A stretch of 64,000 nt of DNA from Paludibacteraceae bacterium (lineage in GTDB: Bacteria; Bacteroidota; Bacteroidia; Bacteroidales; Paludibacteraceae): positions 15,650-79,649 of the forward strand of contig JAKSNZ010000004.1 of the NCBI GenBank assembly GCA_024405855.1. Reading direction: 5' to 3'. Under the pieces are notes generated by a model. It saw only the letters and a list, made by a program, of their open reading frames with translations, was not told the DNA's origin and did no database searches. The position numbers and the translations under genes are program-made. Shown here piece after piece: positions 8,139 to 17,978 of this stretch (position 1 is its first letter; each line of letters starts with the position of its first letter).

Positions 8139-9560
8139 ATGAAGAAAATTCTTACTCTGATGTTTGCTGCTCTGTTTGCGGTTTATGCATTTGCAGCAGA
8201 GGAAAACAGTGCCGATAAGGCAGACAAATCAGATAAATCTGAAGCGGTTAATGTATCCACAAATGAGGATGGCAAGATACTGCACCCGTTCAAGGACTAC
8301 TCACACTGGTCTTTATCTGTAAACGGCGGTCTCTCTCAGTTTGACGGTGATGCCCAGCAAAGGTATAATCAGCTGCTTTCAAGTTCACACATTATGTGGA
8401 CTGTAGGTGTTGAGGCTGAGTACTCATTTAACCCTGCATGGGGTCTTATATTGGGCTTCCAATATAATCCTTATCAAGGTTATACCAGCACCACTGACTA
8501 CGGAAAAAACTACTTCCGTGGCAATATGTACACCATTCAGCTTATGGGGTCTTTGAATGTGCTTAACCTTTTTGGTCAGTACAGAAAATCTTGGCGTTGG
8601 GCTTGGTATATTAATGGTGGTCTTGGCTTTACATTCTATGACAGCAAGACACAGCGTGACGGAGACCAAGGTGAATCACCAATGAAACCAAAGGATGTTA
8701 AGGATGGTCGTGCAATGTCATTCCCTATAGGCACACAGGTTGAGTACAACATTACAAAGTGCTTTGCCATAGGTATAAACGCTTACTACCGTTTCAGCAA
8801 TAAGGACAACTATGAGGGTGAGCACTATACAAAAGGAACAATGAATGATGGTGAGTTCTATGCCACCATTAATGCCCGTGTAAAATTCCTACAGAAAAGC
8901 AGAGAAGGCGGTCACATGCGTAATATAACAATGTATGAGTTCAACAATATGCAGAGTGGCAAGGGTGTTAACTATCAAGACCAAATTGACTCTTTGAAAC
9001 GTAGAGTTAAGATGATTGAAGATACTCTTGAGCATCATGTATTTGTTAGATTGGATACACTTGAGCATTATCACGCAACCACACCTGATGATGATGAGGA
9101 CTCTGTTCCAAACTTCCGTGACCGTGAGCCAAACACTCCTAAGGGTTCATTTGTAAACTATTGGGGTGAGAGTATCAAGCCCGACAACACTTGTGCTGAG
9201 GAAATCAGAAAGATTAAGGAGGCTATGAATCTTGGCGTTGACTATGACCTGTCAGTTTACTTCCCATTTGATAAGTACACTTTGACAGCCGATGCTAAAG
9301 ACAATATAGAAAAGGCTGCCAAGAAACTTCAAGAAGATTCTGAATTGAAGGTTGAACTCCGTGGTTACTGTGACTACCCAGGTAAGGCTGACTATAACTT
9401 AAAGTTAAGCGAAAATCGTGTTAACATAGTTGAGAAAACTCTTGTTGAGAAGTATGGTATCAGCCAAGACAGAATTACAAAGACAGGCAAGGGTAAGTTA
9501 CCTAACCCACCACAAAAGGAGTACAAGAATCGTAGGTGTGACTTCTATTTCTACAAATAA
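8139..9560 (+). CDS. OmpA-family outer membrane protein (N-terminal beta-barrel-like region, TSP3-like acidic motif, C-terminal OmpA peptidoglycan-binding domain)
   Basis: Signal peptide. DDDEDSVPNFRDREPNTPKG motif. C-terminal VYFPFDKYTL...NLKLSENRVNIVEKTLVEKYGI...GKGK is OmpA_C-like. Confidence 0.85.
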   Translation: MKKILTLMFAALFAVYAFAAEENSADKADKSDKSEAVNVSTNEDGKILHPFKDYSHWSLSVNGGLSQFDGDAQQRYNQLLSSSHIMWTVGVEAEYSFNPAWGLILGFQYNPYQGYTSTTDYGKNYFRGNMYTIQLMGSLNVLNLFGQYRKSWRWAWYINGGLGFTFYDSKTQRDGDQGESPMKPKDVKDGRAMSFPIGTQVEYNITKCFAIGINAYYRFSNKDNYEGEHYTKGTMNDGEFYATINARVKFLQKSREGGHMRNITMYEFNNMQSGKGVNYQDQIDSLKRRVKMIEDTLEHHVFVRLDTLEHYHATTPDDDEDSVPNFRDREPNTPKGSFVNYWGESIKPDNTCAEEIRKIKEAMNLGVDYDLSVYFPFDKYTLTADAKDNIEKAAKKLQEDSELKVELRGYCDYPGKADYNLKLSENRVNIVEKTLVEKYGISQDRITKTGKGKLPNPPQKEYKNRRCDFYFYK

Positions 9561-9586
9561 TTGTAAATTTTTCATAATTGTTGAAG

Positions 9587-9615
9587 GACCTCGGCATTTT
9601 GTCGGGGTCTTTTTG
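9587..9615 (+). terminator. Intrinsic terminator after the OmpA-like gene
   Basis: GACCTCG-gcattttgt-CGGGGTC (one G.U pair) followed by TTTTT. Confidence 0.7.
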
Positions 9616-9637
9616 TAATATATTCAATAAAATTTCA

Positions 9638-9645
9638 TATATTTG
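9638..9645 (+). promoter_or_regulatory. -7 box TATATTTG
   Basis: Exact TAnnTTTG match only 5 nt before the ATG at 9651. This argues that the real start of the next gene is the in-frame ATG at 9711 (MKRRIYNILLV). Confidence 0.4.
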
Positions 9646-9650
9646 TAGTT

Positions 9651-12626
9651 ATGAATCAGAGTGGCATATTAAAGAATCTCTATTTGAAGGACACCTCTTT
9701 TGCTCAGTTAATGAAGAGGCGTATCTACAATATTCTGCTTGTGGCAAGTAAATATGATTCATTCACCCTTGAAGAGGACGGCAGAATTGATGAGCAGCTC
9801 TTTAATGAGTATACCGCTCTTAACTTAAGATACCCACCACGCTTTACCCTTGCACCTACGGTTGATGAGGCTCGCGAGTATTTTGAAACCCAAAATTTTG
9901 AGTTGATTATTGTTATGCCTACCGGCGATAGCAGTGATGTTTTTGAATGGGCAAAGGAGTGCAAGGTTCAGAATAGCCATGTTCCTATTGTGCTGCTTAC
10001 CACTTTTCAAAAGGAGGTCTTTAATAAGGTGTTCAATGACAAGGACTTTTCAGGTATTGACTATGTGTTTTCATGGCTTGGAGAGACAGACCTTATGCTT
10101 GCCATTGTAAAGCTTATTGAGGATAAGATGAATGTTGATGATGATATAGCATCGGTGGGTGTGCAGACAATACTTTTTGTTGAGGACTCACCTCATTTCT
10201 ATTCAACTATTCTGCCGTATCTTTATAAGTATGTGTTTGTTCAGTCACGCTCATTTATGACTGAGGCTCTGAATGACCATGAACGTATGCTGCGTATGCG
10301 TGGCAGACCAAAAATTATGCTTGCACGTAGTTATGAAGAGGCCATTGAAATATATAATAGGTACTCCAAGAACATTCTGGGATTGGTTACTGATGTCCGT
10401 TTCCCAAAGAACGGTGAGATTTGTGAGCGTGCAGGCATTGACCTATGTACCTACATAAGGTCAGTTGATAGTTTCCTGCCTATTGTAATTGCTTCTACTG
10501 AACTTAATAATAAGGGGGCTGCTGATGTATTGAGGGCTCATTTCATTGATAAGAGTTCTGAGCGTTTTCATATTGAACTGAACAGTGCAATTACCCATAA
10601 CTTTGGTTTTGGAGACTTTAAGTTTCTTGACCCTACAACTAAAGAGGCTGTTGCAGTAATACGCAATCTTAAGGAGTTGCAGGACAATATATATAAGATA
10701 CCTGCTGAGTCACTATATTATCATGTTTCTCATAACCACCTTTCACGCTGGCTATATTCAAGGGCTATGTTTGTGTTGGCTGATTATCTGAGAGACATAC
10801 GGGTTGCGTCAATTTCTGATATTGACTATGTTAGAAAAAAGGTTTTTGACGCAATAGTAATGTATCGTAGGGTTAAGAATAAGGGTGTTGTAGCCACATT
10901 CAGTAGAGATGTTTATGACATGTACTCAAACTTTGCACGTATTGGAGACGGCTCTATGGGAGGCAAGGGTCGTGGCTTGGCGTTTCTTGATGTTGTATCA
11001 AAGCGTAACCTTGAGTTCTTTGATTTTGAGACAACACAAATCATTGTACCAAAGACAGTTGTAATATGTACTGACAAGTTTGACGAGTTTATGGAGATGA
11101 ACAAACTCTATGACGTTGCTCTTAATGACAAACTCTCTGATGAGGAGATTCTCTCATATTTTATTGCCGCTCCGGTGCCACCTGCCTTTGATGATAATGT
11201 CAGGGTGTTTTTAGGTGCCATACCTGAAAACTGCCCAATTGCCGTACGTTCTTCAAGTTTGCTTGAAGATTCCCATTATCAGCCGTTTGCAGGGGTATAT
11301 ACCACATATATGGTGCCTAATTTGGCAAATGACAGAGAGGCTACAATAAAGATGCTTGCTGATGCTATAAAGGCTGTGTATGCCTCTGTATATTACCAAG
11401 CAAGCAAATCATATATGATGGCAACAAAGAACGTCATAAACAGGGAAAAGATGGCAGTGGTGCTTCAAGAGGTTTGCGGTACTGACCATAACGGACGGTT
11501 CTACCCGTCATTCTCAGGCGTTGCACGCTCACTTAATTATTATCCAATAGGAGATGAAAAGAGTGAAGAAGGTGTAGTAAACATTGCCTTAGGCTTGGGA
11601 AAATATATTGTTGACGGAGGTCAAACCTTAAGGTTCTCTCCAAAACACAGCAAGAACATTCTGCAAACCAGCACTCTTGACCTTGCCCTCACTCAAACCC
11701 AAACATACTTTAATGCCATTGATATGAAAGCCATCAATGCCAAACCAAAGGTAGATGACGGCTTTAACCTGCTTAAACTCAACCTTAAGGATGCTGAGGC
11801 TGACGGTACACTTAAGTATATTGCATCTACATTTGACCCATACGACCAAACCCTATTGCCAGGCATTTATGAAGGTGGCAGAAAGGTCATTACCTTTGCA
11901 AACATACTTGAGCATGAGGTGTTCCCGCTTGCTGACATACTGGATACGGTGCTGAAAGTGGGAGAGCGTGAGATGGGACGCCCTGTAGAGATAGAGTTTG
12001 CTGTAAATCTTGATTATGAGCATAATGAGGACAACAAGTTCTATCTGCTTCAAATACGTCCTATTGTTGACAGCAACAAGACCATTGATGAGGATTTGCT
12101 GCAAATCAAGCCTGAAGAGTTGTGCATTAAGAGCCGTAATGTGCTTGGAAATGGTATAATAAATGACATTCATGATATTGTGTATGTAAAAAGGGGAATG
12201 TTCAACCCTTCAAACAACCAACTTATATCATACGATATAGATTCCTTTAACCGCAGGCTTTCAGCGGAGGATAAGCCATATATTCTTATAGGTCCGGGCA
12301 GATGGGGTAGCAGCGATACGTGGCTTGGCATACCTGTAAAGTGGCCTAATATAGCCGGTGCAAAGGTTATAGTGGAGGCTGGAGAGACGTCATATCATAT
12401 TGACCCCAGCCAAGGCACCCATTTCTTTCAGAATATGACATCGTGTGGTTGTGCATATTTTACAGTTGAAGACCCCGATACAAGTTTCTGCAATTTTGAC
12501 TTCATTGAGGGAGGCAGACTTGTGGAGGAGACAAAATATATAGCCCATGTGCATTTTCCGAACCCACTTGTAGTCAAGGTGGACGGCAAAAAACACATTG
12601 GGGTGGTATTCCGTCCGTCATCCTGA
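9651..12626 (+). CDS. Multidomain protein: tandem receiver-like domains + PPDK_N (PEP/pyruvate-binding, ATP-grasp) domain + uncharacterised C-terminal domain
   Basis: REC-like segments (YNILLVASKYD...; ILFVEDSP...GLVTDVRFPKNG). GGKGRGLAFL and SSSLLEDS...FAGVY motifs are typical of the PPDK_N/PEP synthase nucleotide-binding domain. No swivelling-His or TIM-barrel PEP-utiliser motifs were seen. The stop codon lies inside hairpin element copy 3. An alternative start is at 9711. Confidence 0.75.
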   Translation: MNQSGILKNLYLKDTSFAQLMKRRIYNILLVASKYDSFTLEEDGRIDEQLFNEYTALNLRYPPRFTLAPTVDEAREYFETQNFELIIVMPTGDSSDVFEWAKECKVQNSHVPIVLLTTFQKEVFNKVFNDKDFSGIDYVFSWLGETDLMLAIVKLIEDKMNVDDDIASVGVQTILFVEDSPHFYSTILPYLYKYVFVQSRSFMTEALNDHERMLRMRGRPKIMLARSYEEAIEIYNRYSKNILGLVTDVRFPKNGEICERAGIDLCTYIRSVDSFLPIVIASTELNNKGAADVLRAHFIDKSSERFHIELNSAITHNFGFGDFKFLDPTTKEAVAVIRNLKELQDNIYKIPAESLYYHVSHNHLSRWLYSRAMFVLADYLRDIRVASISDIDYVRKKVFDAIVMYRRVKNKGVVATFSRDVYDMYSNFARIGDGSMGGKGRGLAFLDVVSKRNLEFFDFETTQIIVPKTVVICTDKFDEFMEMNKLYDVALNDKLSDEEILSYFIAAPVPPAFDDNVRVFLGAIPENCPIAVRSSSLLEDSHYQPFAGVYTTYMVPNLANDREATIKMLADAIKAVYASVYYQASKSYMMATKNVINREKMAVVLQEVCGTDHNGRFYPSFSGVARSLNYYPIGDEKSEEGVVNIALGLGKYIVDGGQTLRFSPKHSKNILQTSTLDLALTQTQTYFNAIDMKAINAKPKVDDGFNLLKLNLKDAEADGTLKYIASTFDPYDQTLLPGIYEGGRKVITFANILEHEVFPLADILDTVLKVGEREMGRPVEIEFAVNLDYEHNEDNKFYLLQIRPIVDSNKTIDEDLLQIKPEELCIKSRNVLGNGIINDIHDIVYVKRGMFNPSNNQLISYDIDSFNRRLSAEDKPYILIGPGRWGSSDTWLGIPVKWPNIAGAKVIVEAGETSYHIDPSQGTHFFQNMTSCGCAYFTVEDPDTSFCNFDFIEGGRLVEETKYIAHVHFPNPLVVKVDGKKHIGVVFRPSS

Positions 12627-12642
12627 GCGAAGCGAAGGATCT
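12617..12642 (+). repeat. Covarying hairpin element, copy 3: gtc-ATCCT-GAGCGAAGCGA-AGGAT-ct
   Basis: Stem 12620-12624/12636-12640, loop 12625-12635. The TGA stop of the upstream ORF is at 12624-12626. Confidence 0.8.
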
Positions 12643-12664
12643 AATAATGTAAGCAATATCTAAA

Positions 12665-14494
12665 ATGAAAAAATTTTGGTCATTACTTTTAAGATTCATT
12701 CCCAACTACCGCAAATCAGTGGCAGGGGTATTGATTTTCAGTCTAATCTCCACAATTCTCAGCCTTTTCTCTTTTGCAATGATAGTTCCTATCCTTGAGA
12801 TTCTCTTTGGGATAAGTTCTCCTGTTATGGTGGCTCCTGTATATGAGACCGGGCATCTGTTTGACTTCCTTAAAAACACACTCTATTTTCTTGTTACGCA
12901 GTTTATGCTGACACATGGGCAGATAACAACACTTGTAGTGCTTTCTGTGGCTTTTATTTCCATAACCTTGCTAAAAGTCCTTACATATTACATAAGTACT
13001 ATGTGCATGGCTTTTATGCAGACAGGCGTTGTCCGTGACTTGCGTAACTCAATGCTTGATAAGGTTCTTGACCTGCCGCTCAGTTTCTTTACAGAGGAAC
13101 GCAAGGGTGATATTATGTCAAGGGTGAGTGTAGATGTGGCTGAGGTTGAGGCTTCAATTATGGGTTCTCTTGAAATGCTGGTCAAGAATCCTATTATGAT
13201 TGTAATATATCTGGTTGTGCTTGTGGCTGTTAGTTGGGAGTTGAGCTTGTTTGTACTTATTATGCTGCCTATAGCTGGTTTTGTAATGGGTGGAGTTGGA
13301 AGAAACCTTAAAAGAGATTCACTTGAGGTTGGTGTTGAGCAGGGCATATTGGCCTCCCAACTTGAGGAGATGCTTGGCGGACTGCGTATTATCAAGGCAT
13401 TTAACGCGGAGGGGAAAATAGGAGCAAGATTCCATCGTCAGACAGAACGTATCCGTGATGCCATAATAAGGGTTATACGTCGTCAGTATCTGGCTCATCC
13501 TATGAGTGAGTTCATTGGTTCAACCATCATATCAATAGTGGTATGTTACGGAGGTTTCCTTATAATAGGTACAAGCAGTGGTTTGCAAGCGTCAGTATTC
13601 ATATACTATCTGCTTATATTCTACAGCATAATTAACCCTATAAAAGAGTTGTCACGTGCAAGTTACAACATAAAGAAGGGTTCCGCCTCACTTGAGCGTA
13701 TTGATAAGATTATGGCGGCTGAGAATCCTCTTACTTGCCCTGAAAACCCTAAACATCTTAAGAATTTCACAGACAAAATTGAGTATCGTAATGTATTTTT
13801 CAAATATTCCAATGATTGGGTGCTGAAGGATATTAACCTTACTATAGAAAAGGGTAAGACCATTGCTCTTGTGGGTCCTTCCGGTGGAGGTAAGTCCACT
13901 CTTGTTGATTTGCTCCCACGATTCTGGGACGTTCAGCAGGGAGAGATAACAGTTGACGGAATTTGTGTGAAAGATGTGAATCGCCACGAACTGCGTGAAC
14001 TTATGGGGAATGTTAATCAGGAGGCTATCCTATTTAATGATACATTCTTTAACAACATTGCTTTTGGCGTTGATAGCGCCACTCAGGAGCAGATTGAAGC
14101 GGCGGCTAAGATTGCCAATGCCCATGACTTTATTATGGCTACAGAAAACGGCTATCAGAGTAACATAGGGGATAGGGGCTGCAAACTGTCAGGCGGTCAG
14201 CGCCAGCGTATAAGCATTGCCAGGGCAATTCTTAAAAACCCTCCTATACTTATTCTTGATGAGGCTACGTCAGCATTGGATACTGAATCAGAACGTTTAG
14301 TGCAAGATGCTCTTGACAATCTTATGAAGAACCGCACCACCATAGTCATAGCCCACCGTCTCTCAACTATTGTAAACGCTGATGAGATTTGCGTTATTGA
14401 AGGTGGAAAAATAGTGGAGCGTGGCACACACAGTGAACTGATAGCACTTAACGGGGCATACAAAAAACTGCAAGACGCACAAAAACTGAAATGA
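12665..14494 (+). CDS. ABC transporter, fused permease/ATPase (MsbA-like lipid exporter)
   Basis: Six-TM N-terminal half. Walker A GPSGGGKST, signature LSGGQRQR, Walker B ILILDEATSALD. Confidence 0.9.
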   Translation: MKKFWSLLLRFIPNYRKSVAGVLIFSLISTILSLFSFAMIVPILEILFGISSPVMVAPVYETGHLFDFLKNTLYFLVTQFMLTHGQITTLVVLSVAFISITLLKVLTYYISTMCMAFMQTGVVRDLRNSMLDKVLDLPLSFFTEERKGDIMSRVSVDVAEVEASIMGSLEMLVKNPIMIVIYLVVLVAVSWELSLFVLIMLPIAGFVMGGVGRNLKRDSLEVGVEQGILASQLEEMLGGLRIIKAFNAEGKIGARFHRQTERIRDAIIRVIRRQYLAHPMSEFIGSTIISIVVCYGGFLIIGTSSGLQASVFIYYLLIFYSIINPIKELSRASYNIKKGSASLERIDKIMAAENPLTCPENPKHLKNFTDKIEYRNVFFKYSNDWVLKDINLTIEKGKTIALVGPSGGGKSTLVDLLPRFWDVQQGEITVDGICVKDVNRHELRELMGNVNQEAILFNDTFFNNIAFGVDSATQEQIEAAAKIANAHDFIMATENGYQSNIGDRGCKLSGGQRQRISIARAILKNPPILILDEATSALDTESERLVQDALDNLMKNRTTIVIAHRLSTIVNADEICVIEGGKIVERGTHSELIALNGAYKKLQDAQKLK

Positions 14495-15321
14495 AAAAAA
14501 TAGCAGTCATAACAATGGCAAGGAATGATGAGATGTTCCTTAACAAGTGGATTTCATATTATGGTTCCATATTTGGTGAGGAGAATCTCTATGTCTATCT
14601 TGACGGCTTTGACCAACAGGCACCGGCAAAGGCAGGCAAGGCTAACATAATTAAGTGTGAACGTATAGACGGGAACGTTGTGGGGGCAGAGAAGCGGCGT
14701 TTGTCTCATTTGTCAAAGATGGCGGCGGAGCATCTGAAAAAATATGACCTTGTGATAGGCTGTGACGCAGATGAGTTTCTTGTTGTTGACCCTGCGTTAG
14801 GAGTAGGTCTTGATGAGTATCTAAGTGCTGTTAAAATAGATTACTGCTTGTCAGGATTAGGATTGGACGTTGGTCAGGATTTGAATACAGAAAGAGAGAT
14901 AGACCCATCAAAACCGTATCTTATGCAGAGAGGCAAGGCTTATCTGAGTTCAAGGTACACAAAGCCTGTCATAGTGGCAAAACCAGGTTTGTGGGGTTCA
15001 GGATTTCACCGTTATAAGGGTCACAATTTTCACATTGACCCTAATCTATATCTCTTCCATTTCGGTTGTTTTGACAATGCTATGCTTGAGGCACGCTTTT
15101 CTGACAAGGACCGTATGGCGGCAGGTTGGGGCAGGCATATACGTAAGCGTTTCCGCACCATAAGATATTGTACAGAGATTAAGCCAAAGGGTGAGGGTGC
15201 TATGCGTGCCGCACGCATTATTCAAACTATTCTAAGACCAATATACTCACTTAACAAACCATCTATGGGCTGTCTTAAGTGGGTTGTAAATATTCCTGAA
15301 AGATTTAAAAACATTTTATAA
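14491..15321 (+). CDS. Putative glycosyltransferase (GT2-like fold)
   Basis: ATGA overlap with the ABC gene. N-terminal IAVITMARNDEMFL and a CDADEF (DxD-like) motif. The family assignment is tentative. Confidence 0.55.
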   Translation: MKKIAVITMARNDEMFLNKWISYYGSIFGEENLYVYLDGFDQQAPAKAGKANIIKCERIDGNVVGAEKRRLSHLSKMAAEHLKKYDLVIGCDADEFLVVDPALGVGLDEYLSAVKIDYCLSGLGLDVGQDLNTEREIDPSKPYLMQRGKAYLSSRYTKPVIVAKPGLWGSGFHRYKGHNFHIDPNLYLFHFGCFDNAMLEARFSDKDRMAAGWGRHIRKRFRTIRYCTEIKPKGEGAMRAARIIQTILRPIYSLNKPSMGCLKWVVNIPERFKNIL

Positions 15322-15322
15322 T

Positions 15323-15928
15323 ATGGATTTTATAAGTCAAAGTATTAAGATTTTTAGAGAGGCAATAGATTGCTATCACATTACAGACAGTGTTGATGCA
15401 GAGTTCAAGAACCCGTATCAAAAGGGTACAATAGAGGCTGTGCTTTATCTTAAAGCGTGGATTGACACCGTACAGTGGCATTTTGAGGATATAATACGTG
15501 ACCCTCAGATTGACCCTGTGGAGGCTCTGAAACTGAAACGCCGCATTGACAAGTCAAATCAGGACCGTACAGACTTGGTTGAGATGATAGACAGTTATTT
15601 TCTTGACAAGTACAAGAGTGTGAAGGTTCTCCCTGATGCCACCATTAATACTGAAAGTCCGGCTTGGGCTATTGACCGTCTCTCCATTCTTCAACTGAAG
15701 ATATATCACATGCGTGTTGAAACAAGCCGTACAGATTGCTCAAAAGAGCATCTTGATACCTGTACAAAGAAACTGAATGTTTTGCTTGAGCAGGAGAAGG
15801 ACTTGTCACAAGCCATAGCATCACTGCTTGTTGATATTGAGGCTGGTAGAAAATATATGAAGACCTACAAGCAGATGAAGATGTATAATGACCCCGATAC
15901 TAACCCTGTTCTTTACGGTCAGAAATAG
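15323..15928 (+). CDS. Conserved hypothetical protein, translationally coupled to the GT9 gene
   Basis: 201 aa with no motif recognised. The stop overlaps the GTG start of the next gene by 1 nt. It may be the DUF4254-type family that I recall accompanying GT9 genes (unverified). Confidence 0.55.
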   Translation: MDFISQSIKIFREAIDCYHITDSVDAEFKNPYQKGTIEAVLYLKAWIDTVQWHFEDIIRDPQIDPVEALKLKRRIDKSNQDRTDLVEMIDSYFLDKYKSVKVLPDATINTESPAWAIDRLSILQLKIYHMRVETSRTDCSKEHLDTCTKKLNVLLEQEKDLSQAIASLLVDIEAGRKYMKTYKQMKMYNDPDTNPVLYGQK

Positions 15929-16926
15929 TGGCTAATATTCTTGCTATACGGTTTGGTGCGTTGGGCGATGTTGCCATTGCTCTGCCTGTACTGTATTCTG
16001 TTGCCAAAAATTACCCTGAGCATAACTTCTTTCTGCTTACAAGAAAGAGTTACGCCCGTATGTATGTCTCACCTCCTGCCAATCTTCATATTATTCCTGT
16101 TGACCTTAAGGAGTATGACGGTGTAATGGGTTTGAATAGGTTATATTCTGAATACTTGAAGGGGCTCAGAATTGATGCTGTAGCAGATATTCATAATGTG
16201 CTACGTTCATGGATTCTTGATTTTAGGTTTATGTTGAGAGGTGTAAAGGTTGCAAGACGAGAGAAATCAAAGGCAGACCGTGCCAGACTTCTTAGAAAAA
16301 CCAATAAAGACCTTACTCCGCTAAAGCCATATTATCAGCGTTTTGCTGATGTTTTTGAGCGTTTGGGCTATCCTGTCCGTTGGGAATTTGAGTCACTTGA
16401 TGTTGTAGTTCCCAATGGTTTCTCTTCAGAATGTAAGTATATTGGGGTGGCACCATTCTCTGCCAACGCAGGAAAGGTTTATCCGCTTGAAAAGACAAAG
16501 CGTGTTGTTGAACTATTGAGTGCCATTGATGGTGTTAAAGTTCTGTTGTTTGGTGGCGGTGCTGAGGAGAGAAGTGTTTTGGAAGAGTGGGCGTCAGAGT
16601 TTGAGAATGTGGAGTCTCTTGCCGGCAGATTTTCAATGCAGGAGGAGTTGGGTATAATGAAAACACTCAAGGTTATGTTCTCAATGGACTCCGCCAATAT
16701 GCACCTTGCCTCACTTGTAGGTACGCCGGTGGCATCACTTTGGGGTCCGTCACACCCTGCAGTAGGTTTTCGTCCGTGGGGTCAGAGTGCTGATAGTTAT
16801 ATTCAACTTGATTTGCCTTGTCGTCCTTGTTCAGAGTGGGGTGCAAAGCCTTGTTATCGTGGTGATTGGGCTTGTATGAAGTTTGAACCTGAATTTATTG
16901 TAAATAGAATTAAGAGTTTCCTATGA
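15928..16926 (+). CDS. Glycosyltransferase family 9 (heptosyltransferase-like)
   Basis: N-terminal ILAIRFGALGDVAIALPVL and C-terminal DSANMHLASLVGTP are typical of GT9. Confidence 0.8.
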   Translation: MANILAIRFGALGDVAIALPVLYSVAKNYPEHNFFLLTRKSYARMYVSPPANLHIIPVDLKEYDGVMGLNRLYSEYLKGLRIDAVADIHNVLRSWILDFRFMLRGVKVARREKSKADRARLLRKTNKDLTPLKPYYQRFADVFERLGYPVRWEFESLDVVVPNGFSSECKYIGVAPFSANAGKVYPLEKTKRVVELLSAIDGVKVLLFGGGAEERSVLEEWASEFENVESLAGRFSMQEELGIMKTLKVMFSMDSANMHLASLVGTPVASLWGPSHPAVGFRPWGQSADSYIQLDLPCRPCSEWGAKPCYRGDWACMKFEPEFIVNRIKSFL

Positions 16927-17978
16927 AAAAGATTCTTATTGACCTCTACATGCTAAAGTACCCTAACTGCGGTTTTGGTCAGATTGCCTGGAACTACGCC
17001 CGTTGGTTCCGTGATGAGTATGTGCCGTCAGATGATTTGGAGGTCACGCTTCTTGTTCCTGCCAAATATAATGGTGCTTTTGGCAGTAAGGTTAAATATC
17101 AGTCCGCTCTTGTTTACAAGAAATTGTTTCCAGCACTCTTTCCTAAGTATGATATATGGCACTCCACTGACCAGATGCCGCGTTTCCGTCCATACTCCCC
17201 TGACACTAAGTATATACTTACTGTTCACGATTTCAACTATGAGTATGAGAAGAGCGGGGTAGAACTTGAACACGCACGCCTGCGTATGGAACGTCGCTTG
17301 AAGCGTGCTGACCATATTGTCTGCATATCACATTTTACAGAGGCTGAAATGTCTCATTATGCAAAGATTGATGGTACTCCAGTTACCGTTATTTATAACG
17401 GTGTAGAGTCATTGCTGCACCAAGATGCAGTACGTCCCGCTAATCTTCCGTCAAACAAGCCTTTCTTTTTTACCATAGGTGAGGTTAGAAAGAAAAAGAA
17501 CTTCCATACTCTGCTTGATGTAATGAAATCATTTCCTGAGTATGAACTATATATAGCGGGTACTCACCCTACAGATTATGCCTCAACTATACAGAAGCGT
17601 ATTGATGAGGAGAAAATAGATAATGTCCACCTCATTGGACGTGTTGGTGGTGCGGAACGTGTGTGGCTATATAAGAATTGCTCTGCGTTTATGTTCCCTT
17701 CACTTTTTGAGGGATTTGGACTTCCTGTAATAGAGGCTATGCAGTTTGGCAAGCCAGTATTCTCATCAGACAAGACATCTCTTAAGGAGATAGGCTCAAA
17801 GTATGCCTTTTTTTGGGAGCGTTTTGATGCTGACTATATGGTTGATGTTGTAAAAAAGGGATTGACTGAATATAACGCAACCCCTAAACTTGCATCTGAG
17901 ATTGCCGCTTACGGAAACTCGTTCACTTATGAGAAGAACATTGCCGCTCTTTTTGAGTTATACCATAGCCTGATGTAA
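16923..17978 (+). CDS. Glycosyltransferase family 4 (GT-B fold)
   Basis: EGFGLPVIEAM motif. ATGA overlap with the GT9 gene. Confidence 0.8.
   Translation: MKKILIDLYMLKYPNCGFGQIAWNYARWFRDEYVPSDDLEVTLLVPAKYNGAFGSKVKYQSALVYKKLFPALFPKYDIWHSTDQMPRFRPYSPDTKYILTVHDFNYEYEKSGVELEHARLRMERRLKRADHIVCISHFTEAEMSHYAKIDGTPVTVIYNGVESLLHQDAVRPANLPSNKPFFFTIGEVRKKKNFHTLLDVMKSFPEYELYIAGTHPTDYASTIQKRIDEEKIDNVHLIGRVGGAERVWLYKNCSAFMFPSLFEGFGLPVIEAMQFGKPVFSSDKTSLKEIGSKYAFFWERFDADYMVDVVKKGLTEYNATPKLASEIAAYGNSFTYEKNIAALFELYHSLM

Noticed and set aside
17923-17978. Convergent gene overlaps: GT4 with the O-antigen ligase (56 nt), MTHFS with the helicase (18 nt, 48800-48817), and rpiB with the RSH gene (6 nt, 37913-37918).
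   Set aside because: Short 3'-3' overlaps are common in compact genomes. The 56-nt case may reflect a slightly extended ORF end. No further signal was seen.
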